Shown in pieces: positions 34,632 to 45,300 of a DNA stretch of 64,000 bases (positions are counted from its first letter, which is position 1; the number at the start of each line of letters is the position of its first letter). The translations under genes and the position numbers were made by a program. Source of the DNA: Podarcis cretensis (lineage: Eukaryota); assembly GCA_951804945.1 (NCBI GenBank), contig OX638149.1:19034001-19098000 (forward strand), in the 5' to 3' direction. The notes under the pieces are model-generated. The model was not told the DNA's origin and did not search any database. It was given only the letters and a program-made list of their open reading frames with translations.

Positions 34632-35208
34632 AAATAATAATAATAATAATAATAATAATATATTATTTATACCCTAACCCTCCCCAGCCACTCTGGGCGG
34701 CTTCCATAGAAACCAAAAATACACTAAAATATCACACGTTAAAAACTTCCCTGAACAGGGCTGCCTTAAGATGTCTTCTGAATGTCAGGTAGTTGTTTAT
34801 CTCTTTGACATGTGATGGGAGGGCATTCCACAGGGTGGGTGCTACTACCGAGAAGGCCCTCTGCCTGGTTCCCTGCAGCTTTGCTTCTGGCAATGAGGGA
34901 ACCGCCAGAAGGCCCTCAGCGCGGGATCCAGGCAGAATGATGGGGGTGGAGACGCTCCTTCAGGTATACTGGACTGAGGCCCTTTAGGGCTTTAAAGGTC
35001 AGCACCAATACTTTGAATTGTGCTCAGAAAGGTACTGGGAGCCAATGTAGGTCTTTCAAGACCGGTGTTATGTGGTCTTGGCGGCGCCCCCAGTCACTGG
35101 TCTAGCTGCCGCATTCTGGATTAGTTGTAGTTTCCGAGTCACCTTCAAAGGTAGCCCCACGTAGAGCGCATTGCAGTAGTCCAAGCGGGAGATAACCAGA
35201 GCATGCAC
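34632..35208 (-). mobile_element. L2 LINE 3' fragment
   Basis: Reverse complement of the L2 family at 19075 and 60873, with (AAT)n tail. Confidence 0.85.
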
Positions 35209-38200
35209 ATCTAAAACGCCTTCGGAAAAGAAAAGAAGTACATGGGGGGTGGGTGGAGAAATTTGATTGTCCCCACTGCAAGACGGCGGTCAATCGATAC
35301 GTCCTTTTTAAAAATAATAAAAAGTTCAGCAGACTTTTCCCGCGTTTTTATGACGCCTCTGCAAAGTAGCCGATGGGAACCTGCCACGTTCCCTTTGCAA
35401 CCTTGCAGACTTCTTGCGCGCTTTGCAGAGGACTGGCTGGGGTGGGGGGGGGGCGGGGCGGTGAGAGACATGGGACGGGGAGGGGGGGTCGCGAAGGAAG
35501 AAATGCAGACAAAGCAATAAACACTCCGCATCAGGGAGGGGCATCGTCCGGCCAACGTGACTGGCAACCTGGACCTTTGTTGTAAAAGGGGGGGGGAGTT
35601 GGGGGGAGAAGGTTTAAACACCCCCCACACTTTCTCTCCCCCCCCTCCTCTTTGCTGCCCTTAGAGAGAAGCGAGTCCCTCTTGATTGTCTCTTGTCCCC
35701 GACTGTGGCTGGGATATCGACAGAGTGGGGCGGGCGGGCGGGGGGGGGGGGTGTGAACAAAACAGTGGGGCCAGCTGCAGATGGAGGCGGGGTCGAGGGA
35801 GAGGTCAAGGTTAGCGAGAAACTGCTATTGATCTGACTTTGAACGCGAGACGAGCAGCGCGGAGAGACCAAAGGGGGAGCTGTGAGACAAGACATTAACA
35901 GCTTTCGCGGTGCTAATGATCACAAGTGCCAGACGGGGGAGGGAGGAAAGGAGAGGCTGTGGAAATCACTTCGGAATATATTTCCGACCCCTACCGCCCG
36001 CAAATCTCGTCGTTAGGACATATCCAGGACGCAGAAAAACCTTTTTTTAAATAATAACAACAACAACAACAACAACAATAATAATAATACCCGCCACCAC
36101 CCTCGAGTGATCTAGCGCCTTTATCTCTCCGGGAAGAGCGGCTTTGCGCGCGCGCCCCCTCTCCCCTTGCAATAAACTCAGGAAGGCGACGCGGCCAGTC
36201 GTTCATTCGCCCTTATCTTGGATCTGAATAGCCCCTGGCAAGGAGGGTGGCCTAGCAAGGTGTGTCCATCCCCCGATTGCTCCGCACACCCCACCAGGCC
36301 GTTTGAAGTTTCCTGCCTGGAGCGACAAAAATAAAATAAAAATAAAAATGCACTCAAGGTGTGGACTTTGCCCGCCTCGCCTCTCTGGGTCTGCGGGAAA
36401 GGCGGAAAGGGCCCTTAGTCGGCAGAAATCTCTTGGGGTTCCAACCCCACCCCCGCTAAACAGAGTTTCCTCCTCTTAACACGTAGGACGCGTTCACAAG
36501 ACCTCACTTTTGTTACTCTTCGGGGATAGTTCCAAGTCCTGCTTCTGTATTCAGAAGCGTCCGTTGGAGCAGAGGGTGCCTCAAATTTCCACGCTGTCAA
36601 TAAGCGTTACTGCTGCGTAGTCGTGAAACAAGAGTACAGTATTCTTCACATTGCCTGTTCTGAATTTATACTCAAAGTCAAGTCCTATACGTGTTTCCTA
36701 AGAAGCAAGTCGCCCTGATTTCTAGGGGACTGACTTCTGATGTGAACTCGCATTTGGGATCTAATTTCTGGTGGAAGGACGTGACCTACAAATTCGCACC
36801 GATGTTTGGGGTTGTGTGAATGCGCCCCAGCAGGGTGGGTTTGAAGGAGTAGGGGTATTATTTTTTTTTTTAAATGTGAGTCTACCTATCCAAGTTTTAT
36901 GGGCCGATCTACTATATATTAACTCGGCAGCCATTCCAACAACTCAAGTGAGACTTACTCCTAGGTAAGTGTGCCGCGGATCTCAGCCCTAAAAGTGTGT
37001 GTTTGGCATGACACTGGTATTAAAGGATTACCAACAACTCAGCAAGAAGTAAGAAAAAGAATCTGGGGGAAATAAAGACTTGTGTGAACAAAGGAAATAA
37101 AACTGCTTCGGGAAATTTGTGCAGGAACTCTCCCGGAGAAGGATTCGCGCGTCGGAGTTCAAGTCCAAGATGCTCACCAGAGCTTTTGTTTCCTGAACTA
37201 TTTGCGCCAACTTCTTTAGTTATCACGTGGTTTTTATACCCGGACCTTCCTCCGCACTTAGGAGCACCGGGCGGCGCACAATACATCAGGGACAGTATAC
37301 AAATACTGTTGTATCTTCTGGGGCACTTTACGAGCCTAGAAAGGCTACGTGGAAACATCCGGACCCCTCTACTCATGGCATCAATTATAGTGATACCATG
37401 TGGGGCTGGCGCGTTCCACGCGTAAAACTGTAGAAAAATGGGACATACGATTTAATATCTGGAATAAGTTTGAAAAAAAAAGACCCTAGTTTTTTGGGGG
37501 CGGGGGAGTTTGAGGGCGTGGGACAGAAAGCACTGCGTTCCACCAAGAGTATGAAAACCCCACAAATCCCTGCCTCTTCTCACACAATCGCAGCAGCGGG
37601 TCCTTTAAGGCGCCCCCTCCTCTTTCTTTTCTTTGTCGCTGGGATTGTTTGGACAACTTTTTGAAACAGCGCGCGCGTGTGCGTCGAAGAAAGAGCCATC
37701 TCTCTCGCTCTCTCCTTTTCGGCGGCTTCCTGTGTTGCAAGAAGTTGTTTCTATCGTGATGCTAATTTGCCTTTTGTATAAACCGGCAAAGCCCCCAGCG
37801 AATCTGCGAAGGTCTGGGAGAGGGGCTGGAGAAGGGGGTTTAAAGAGGCGTTGGACGCCTCGCTCCATCTCTCTTGCCCGCTTTGTTGAGTGGAGAGCGA
37901 GGAGAACTGAGCCTAGGTCTTCAGAAGAGCAGTTGGGGGGAGTTTGGGCCGGGGGTTGGCCAATGAGGGCCCGCCTTGGCGCCCTCACTCATCCCACTTC
38001 TGGATTTATTTATTTGGGGCGCGCGGGGAGGGAAGAGTCCTCTATTCTGCCCTCAGGTGGAAACAAATAAGCAGGAGTGCCATGTTCCCAAATAAATAGT
38101 AGTGAGGATGAGTCGGAAGATGGGGTCATTGGGGTTCCAAGTAGATCCCGGAAATGGAAGCAGGCTGCTGGTTTTCGCTTTGAAAGATGGAAGGACAGTG

Positions 38201-38994
38201 GAATAGTGAATGCTCAACCCGACCAAATTTACTCACCTGGAAGTGAGCTCCATTGAGCACAGTGGGATATTAGCCTAGGGTTGCTTTGCCTTGTTAAACG
38301 CCCGTTGGTTGTGAAAAATTGGCAATCAGAAGTTAAGTCCTATTCAGCGGGACATATTCCAAGAAAAGTGTATATGGGGTTGCAGCGTTACGCATATATT
38401 TTAACTCTCCCACTAAATTAAAGGGGTTTAATTATTGCTGGGTTGTCTTCCACTCTGCTTCTTAGCTGAATGTATGAATGCAGATCATCAAAGCATCTCA
38501 GGGACTGGAGCAGAAGGGGAGGGAGACTGGAGCATTTCTGTGTGTGAGGAAGACCTCGCCACACATCTCCAGCCGGAGCTCAGGATCAGAGCATCCTCTT
38601 GGCCTGGCTGAAGAAAGTCCAAGGTTTGATCTCCTGCGTCTCCAAGTAGGGCTAGCTAGGAAACTGCTTGTCCGGAGAGCAGCTCACCATGTCCGGTGGA
38701 CTACTCTGAGATAGGTGCACCAGTTCCCTTTATAAATAAGTGGGGCAGGGTGAGATGTGAATCTTAAAACTGGACGGGGCCGCCTCTCCCAGCAGGAGAA
38801 TACCTCACTACAGTCCTCTCCTGGTCAAGCTATTCAATCTGCGAGGGCTACAAGTGAGCCCCAAGCCAAGGGCTGTTAAGTGTAGAGGAAGTGGTGAATC
38901 CGGGCGAGGACACTATGTGGGAAGGGTGGTCGTGATGATGGGGAGTTAATCTTCAATGGGAGAATACTAGAGTACTAGTACTGCTTGGAGTACT

Positions 38995-39145
38995 AAAGGT
39001 CCCAGGCTCAGTCCCTAGCCTCTCCAGATATGTTTGGGAGAGACCCTTGCCTGATCCTTTGGCGCGCTGCTGCCAGTCAGTGCAGACAACACGAAGCGAG
39101 GTGGACCCATGGTCTGACGCAGTATAAGGCAGCTTCCTATGTTCC
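38995..39145 (+). mobile_element. Old tRNA-derived SINE (related copies ~52145-52330 and ~59515-59690)
   Basis: Shared GCTGCCAGTCAGTG(C/T)AGACAA...GGACC...GTATAAGGCAGCTTCCT core. Confidence 0.65.
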
Positions 39146-39272
39146 AGTAATGGGAAGAGGAAAGTTAACCACAGGAAGAGGGCCTTTAATGCAATCTCTA
39201 ACCTCCCACCAAACGTGTTTGAATTCTCCCATGCTACACTTTGTAATTCAGATTGCAACTTCTTGCATATGG

Positions 39273-39273
<1 letters not shown>

Positions 39274-39310
<37 letters not shown>
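39274..39310. repeat. (TG)n microsatellite ~2 kb upstream of the BCL11B 5' region
   Basis: Direct read. Confidence 0.95.
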
Positions 39311-39313
<3 letters not shown>

Positions 39314-41152
39314 TCAGGAGTGACAAAACCGACGGGCGCAATAACTCCCTAGCGGGGTCTGCTAGTGAACTGGACCCTTGGAGGGCGCAAATCCATTTTC
39401 CAATGGCTCTCTCGCTTGCAGGGCTCAAGCGCGCACGGCGTTTCGAAACGAGCCAATGAAAAACCGCGTGTCTCCAGAAGCGCACGTCTCCAGGATCCCT
39501 CGCAGAGGATGCTGGGTGCTCTCTCGGATCGTGGCGGCTTGTGGGGCACCTGGGCGCAGAGAAGTAGGCTGCAGGCCTCCTGAAGGCGATCCTACTATTG
39601 GAGCCGACCGGTTCCGAACTGGGTCTGTCTAGTACAAAGTCATAAACTCAAGCACCACTTAATGTGGACGAAGCGAGCCTTCTAAAGGCAGTTTAACCAC
39701 TCTTCTGTGGATCAGGGTGGTTAAAAGTGTGGCAAAGACCACTTACCGGTTCCCTCTTCCTCGCCCTTTCATGTTTACGGTCAGAACTAAAGAGTCAAAA
39801 TGCGCCAGGCATGACGCGTGTGGAAACAAGCAGTGATGGTTATTCTGCGTTATTTGATCAGAATTAGGGGAAAGCAACCTTGCTCGTTGTGTTTGTGCGG
39901 GCATGCAGGTTAGTTATAAACTTTGGGACCCCCAAACTGGAGGATCACTGGTTCATCCAGAGTACTCCGGCACGGAAAGCAATTCAATGCAAAGCTAAAT
40001 CTCAGAGGTCACCAGGGAACCCCGCATTTCAGAAAGAAACTTGCAGGAGAAATCGCGTAAAAATGCAGCTGCCTTGCGTTTTAATAACCACCACTGCGTA
40101 GGAATGTATTGGGGAGGCGCGTGGAGGTCCACCGTGACTTATTTACCGATTTGCCCGGTTTTGGCTTCCTTCGGGTCAATGCTGAGTTTGCAGCGAGCCC
40201 GGGGATTTCACAGGGACCCTTTCCCTCGCGAAGTGGGTAGAGAGAGGGGGGACGACGAGAGAGGGAGCGAGGAAGAGGAGAGTGTGCGCGTCTTTGTGGC
40301 TCCCTCTGCAATCGCAATTCAGATTGAGAGGAGGGGGGGGGGCGAGAGAGAAATATCTCTTCCCCCACGCAGATATTTGTGTTATTGTAAAAACTGTTGG
40401 AAATGCGAAGGTGTTTGGAGCGGAGTCGGGCTGCTGCTGCCGCTGCCGCCTGCTTGGCTGCCTGCGCGCAGGGAAGAGGAGAGCGAGCGAGACAGCTCCT
40501 TAGTTGAAAGGGGGGCAGCGAAGGGATCTCCGCGAAGCAAAGATCCGAGCCGCCTGGGAGATCTCGGAGCAGGTGGATCGAGCGAGACCAGGATGGATCC
40601 CGCTCCCTTCCCGGGGGGCGCCCACCTCAACCCCCTCCCGCCTGGCTCGCCGGGTCGAGCCCACCGCTCTCACCGCCCACTCTTTTTCTGCCTTTCCGGC
40701 GCCAGCCTGCTGAGCTTCACCAGACCCCTTACCTACTCGCCCCCCCGCCAGCGCTTCCCCCGGGAGACGGCCGTCCCTTTTGGGCTTCTTGCCAAGGGGC
40801 GGAGGAGGGGGGAGGCGGCTGCCCGGGCCCTGATCTGCCCCCTCCCGCCACCTAACACCCCCCAGACCTTGCCTGCGTCTCATCCTAAACCTGATCGGCG
40901 ATGGTTTGGGAGAAAGGGACTCTCGGTCCCTCTTTTTTTTCCTGATTGGTCCTCTTTTCTTCCCCTTCCCCAGCTAAATTCTGCTTAATTTCATTTTGGC
41001 TGCGTGCTCCGCAGACGTAGCCCTGGCTAAGCAGTCGGAGCCGCGTGTGTGCTGGGAGTCTGTTTGAGGGTGGCTTTTCCCCCCTCTCCCTCTCTCTCTC
41101 TCTCCTTCCTCCTCTTTTCCTTCTTCTCCCCCTTCTTCTTGTTCTCTTGCAG

Positions 41153-42250
41153 GGTACAATGTTAAAAAGCCACCGCTAGTCGCCCCCAGTGCTCCTACTC
41201 TCTAGGTCTTTTTTGTCTCTAGTGCAGATTAAACGTCACGTCCGCACTTGAACTTGAATTTTATCCCATTGTACGGAGGCAGACCCAGCCATAGAGAGAC
41301 AGAGCGCTCCCAGGGAACCAGGACTCCGCCATCTTCACATTGCAATATATCTCCTTAGTAATAGCCAGCACTAACCCAGAAGCACTGGGGGGCTTCCTTC
41401 CTAGCAAGACCCTGTGCCAAGCGAGGGGAGGAGGGGGGTTGAAGCCAGTGGCAAAGTGGTGCGAGCAAAGCAAAGCAAAAAAATAATAATATTATACAAC
41501 AACAAAAAACCAACCCAGTGGCACTTGAACTGGCAAAGAGGAGACACAGTTTGGGCTAACCCCTTTTTCTTTTCTTTTTTTTGAAAAAAAAGAGACAAGA
41601 AAGCGAGAGAGAAAGAATTCTAATTAACCCAGGAAGGGTATTTTTTTTTCCTGCATTTTTCTCTGCGTGTGGGGAAATTCCAATTTTTCTACTTTTGTGC
41701 GAGCGTGTGTGTATGTAATCCATTTTTTTTTCTTTTTTAAAAAGATTCGTCCTGGTGGAAGAAGTGCACTTTGCTTCTCTCTCCCGCCCCCCTTCTGCTC
41801 TCTTGTTTTTCTTTTTCTCCCCCCCCCCGCCTCCAAAGCACTCTGGAAAAATTTAAAAAAAAAAGTGTCAGCGCTTGGTGAGGGGGGGTGGGAAACCATC
41901 CTTCTCTCCTGAAGTTCAAGAAAAGACCTGGAAGCGGTGAAAAGGAAAAAAAAAAACAAACCAACCAAACAAAACAGTTGTCTTGCGAAAACAAAAACCA
42001 AGGCTTCCCCACTCTTCCGATGATGATTTTTTAATTGAAGGAAGAATCTCATCTTGAGTGCTCCAAGGGGGTGTGTGGAACTGTTCCCCCCTCTTCTTCT
42101 TCTTTTTTTTTTTTAAGAAGAAAAGTACCAAGAAGAAAATAGAAGACCGGGAGGAAGAAGAAGATCGCTCCCCACCACCACCACCTCCAACCCGATCCCC
42201 CCCTACCCAAGTCCAGCTCTCCGGGCGATGACCGTGTAAATGCCAGGGCA
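41153..42250 (+). promoter_or_regulatory. BCL11B: BCL11B core promoter / 5' UTR region with several uORFs
   Basis: Contains ACGTCACGTCCGCACTTGAACTTG (41233-41256), YY1 consensus CCGCCATCTT (41326-41335), and segments resembling the recalled mammalian BCL11B 5' UTR (AAAGTGTCAG, AAGTTCAAGAA, CAGCTCTCCGGGCGATG). Short uORFs at 41159-41179, 41713-41718, 42020-42034 and 42228-42239. Exact TSS cannot be read from sequence. Confidence 0.75.
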
Positions 42251-42308
42251 ATGTCCCGCCGCAAGCAGGGGAACCCGCAGCACTTATCACAAAGGGAAAT
42301 TATCACGC
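42251..42308 (+). CDS. BCL11B: BCL11B coding exon 1 (N-terminal NuRD/RBBP4-binding motif)
   Basis: ATG at 42251 translates MSRRKQGNPQHLSQREIIT+C, followed by canonical donor GTAAGT at 42309 (phase 1). Matches the recalled BCL11B N-terminus (human MSRRKQGNPQHLSQRELIT); BCL11A has GKPQHLSKREF. Confidence 0.97.
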
Positions 42309-45300
42309 GTAAGTTGCAACTCTTTCAAAGGAGCCGGATCGGAAAGGAAAGTGGTGTTTCTATGTGTGTGTTGGGAGGAGAGCAGTGATGGGAAGTTGGG
42401 GTGCGTTTGTGCGCGTGGTGTGTGAAGCTGACCGGGAAAGATTGGAGAAGGGGTGTGTTGTGCGTAAAGTGAAGGGTCTTGGAGAGTTTGCAAAGCATTG
42501 GCGCGGGGGGGACGACGGTGGCTGACGGGGAGAGGGGAGTCGAGGAGAGAGAGAAGCGGGGGGCCGGCAGGATAGGTGTTCTGGAAAGTAAAGTTTGCAG
42601 GGTAACGGAGGAGGCCGCGAAGCCGGCTGAGAGCGGCCGAGGCGAGCTGGGGACGGCGGGGAAGACGGCCGGGTGGGGGATCCGCAGCAGGGACTTCCAG
42701 ACGAGAGGCTGGGTTGGAAAGGCTGGTCCAAAGTTGGCGAGCACGCGAGAGCAGCAGCCGGAGCGGCAGCGGCGGCAGCCGAGAAGAGGAAGGTGGCTGG
42801 AGTCGGGGCTGGAGCGGGGGGAGCCTTAATGGGAACCACATGCAAGGGACGCCTGGCAGGCCGGCGAGGGAGCGGCGAGGCCGGTCTGGGGAGCCGGGAG
42901 AGGCGGAGGCGGCGCGCGGAAGGCGAGGTTGGGTGTGTGTGTGTTGGGGGGAGATCTAGCGACGGGGGTCTGCATCTCCCCCCATCCCGGCTTGGTACCG
43001 GAGACATAACAGGACCGGGCGTTGGGGAAGGGGCCGAGAGAAATGTCAGTGTACAGGTAGACCGGCAGGCGGGCGGGAGCCTTTTGCTCGACTCCCCCCT
43101 GGGCAAGGTCCGGCTGCCCTGCCCAAAGCGCAAGGTAGCTTTTGTATGCATTTATGCATGTGCTAACCTTGCTGCAAAATGGTGTGTGTGGGTTTTTTTT
43201 TTTGGGGGGGGGAGACAGACAGGGAAGGGGTACATTTTGCGTGCACGTTGCAAAGTAAAGTAGCAGCAATTTTTTTTTTGCAAAGTGAAGCGCGCGCACA
43301 GTTTGCAAAGCGGCGAAGGAGTCCTGCAAAAAGGCGCGCCACTTTTGCAAAAGAGCGAGGTGGTAGGATCTCATCGTAGTAGCAAAAAAGCAGCCCAAGG
43401 CAGCAGTGTATTGAGGGGTAGAAGCGATCTAGAACGAGGTGTTCCTTTCACAGGAGCCGAGGGTGGTGTATGTGTTGTGTATGGTGGTGGTGGGAATCCA
43501 GGCCCAGAGTTGCCTGTATAGGGGTCCAGATCCGGGGTGGGTGGTGTCAGTCTTCCTTAGTATCAGCTTCGCTTTGCAAACATCTCCTGCCCTGCTAATA
43601 ATGAAGGACAAAAACAAAGCACCCAAACTCTGCTCCTCTTTATTTCGCTTCTGCCCACTCCGCTATTTCCAACATTGAAATGCAATGGAAACCCAACACA
43701 CCTAAAGGTTGCGCCTTGAAGGTTTGCAGGCAGCAGGGATTGGTGCATTTTGCTCTCCTGACCTGGGTGATCAATAATAATCATTTTTTATTTTATTTTG
43801 GAGGCTAGTTTCAGAATTAAAAAATAAGAATAATGCAAGGGAAGGAAATCGGCCTCTGTTCCTGTTAATGGGGCGGTGGGGGTGGCGCGGAGGGAGGGAG
43901 AAAAAAAGGAGAAAAATCACAGCCCCAAACATAACGCCAAAAAGAACAGCTCCCTTTGCACGCTTGGCTTTTGCAAAGCAGCCGTTGCGCGTGTGGAGCC
44001 GGGCGAGCGGAGAAGGGGGGGGGGGCGCAGTGTGTGAGAGAGAGAGGGGGAAGAGAAAGAAGCAAGAGGGAAGGGGGCCGAGCCGGAGAGGATGTTGGGG
44101 GGGGGGCGCATAGAGAGAATAATAGAATATGTATGTTATATTTCTTAAAAATTTAAATAAATATATATATATATAGCCCGGCGTCTCCCCTCCCCCTTGA
44201 AAGCCTAAGACTAGCAGCCATCTGCCAGCAGCATTTGGTGACAGCGCTCTCTCTCTCTCTTTCCTTTGTTACAGCTGATAAAAATTGTTGTTTGTAACAA
44301 TACATCGGAATTATATTGATTGGCGAATGCTGCCGTTCGACCTTGGACGGTGCTTGGCTTGCGAATTTCATTTTTTCCCTCTCTCCACTTTTATTTTCTT
44401 CTTCTTTTCCTTCCTCTCCTCTCCTCTCCCCCCTCAAAAAACCCAACCCTTTCTTGCCACCCCCTCTAAAAACAACAACAAAAAAAGCCTTTATTAACCA
44501 GCTGCAACAGCACCAATGAAGATGCGTTGGTTGATTTTGAACACTGTTTTGCAACCGGGGAGTTTGACGGTGCTTGCCGAACCATGGGGGGGGGGGGCGG
44601 AAGAGTGGATTTTCTTTTCTTCTACTTTTTAATTTTTCCGAAATAACACACCAAACCTGTAACACCTTTCGACCAAACTGTATTTTTCTCTTTCTTTTTC
44701 CCCATTAAGAAAACCTAGCCGGATTGTAAATTGGGGAGTTGTTGATTCACCCTCCTTTTTTATTTTTTTAAAAAACCAACAAGATCCAGATTATTTCATG
44801 TAACTCTATTCCCCCCCCCCGTGTAGTTTGCATGGGGGACTTTGCTTGTTTGAGGTTGTGTGTATGTAATGTATGTGAAAAAGGTAAGGCAGACAGTATT
44901 GTGTGGAGATAATAGAAAAAGGAAAGAGGCATGTTTGCAAATGTTCCAAATTTTAATTGGCGTGAGGTTAGTCAGGTGGGATTCTTCCTGATTTCCAGCT
45001 CTTTCCCACCAACTCCCCCACTATGAATTTTTTTTTTGGGGGGGGGAGAAGTATATGTAATTTGGAATTGGGTACCAGGTGGGTGTTAAGTATAATGGAA
45101 GGATACCTTTAAACATCTGCCTGAACAGTGTGGCTCAGTGGGGAGGAAGGTTTAGAAGGGAGAAAAACCATAGCCAGGTCTTTTTCTCTGTTCCCCTATT
45201 CATCCTCCCATCTGGAAAGGACTTAACAACAGGACTGACTGAGGTCTCTTAAACTAAGGTTAAGGCAAAAGGGAAGACGATAGATGGGCATAAATCATGT

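Larger units (their letters stand above)
35200..44700. promoter_or_regulatory. Broad CpG-island domain around the BCL11B promoter
   Basis: Visibly high CpG/GC density in blocks ~35.2-36.6, 37.1-38.0, 39.3-41.1 and 42.2-44.2 kb. CCAAT boxes (37960, 39453, reverse at 40944) and long G-runs; judged by eye, not computed. Confidence 0.8.

Noticed and set aside
40041-40988. 315-aa ORF upstream of BCL11B
   Set aside because: Non-ATG start, low-complexity G/R/P product, lies in a CpG island where stop codons are rare, and shows no recognisable homology.
42287-43398. Several overlapping 130-260 aa ORFs on both strands
   Set aside because: GC-rich intron-1 sequence; compositional artefacts.
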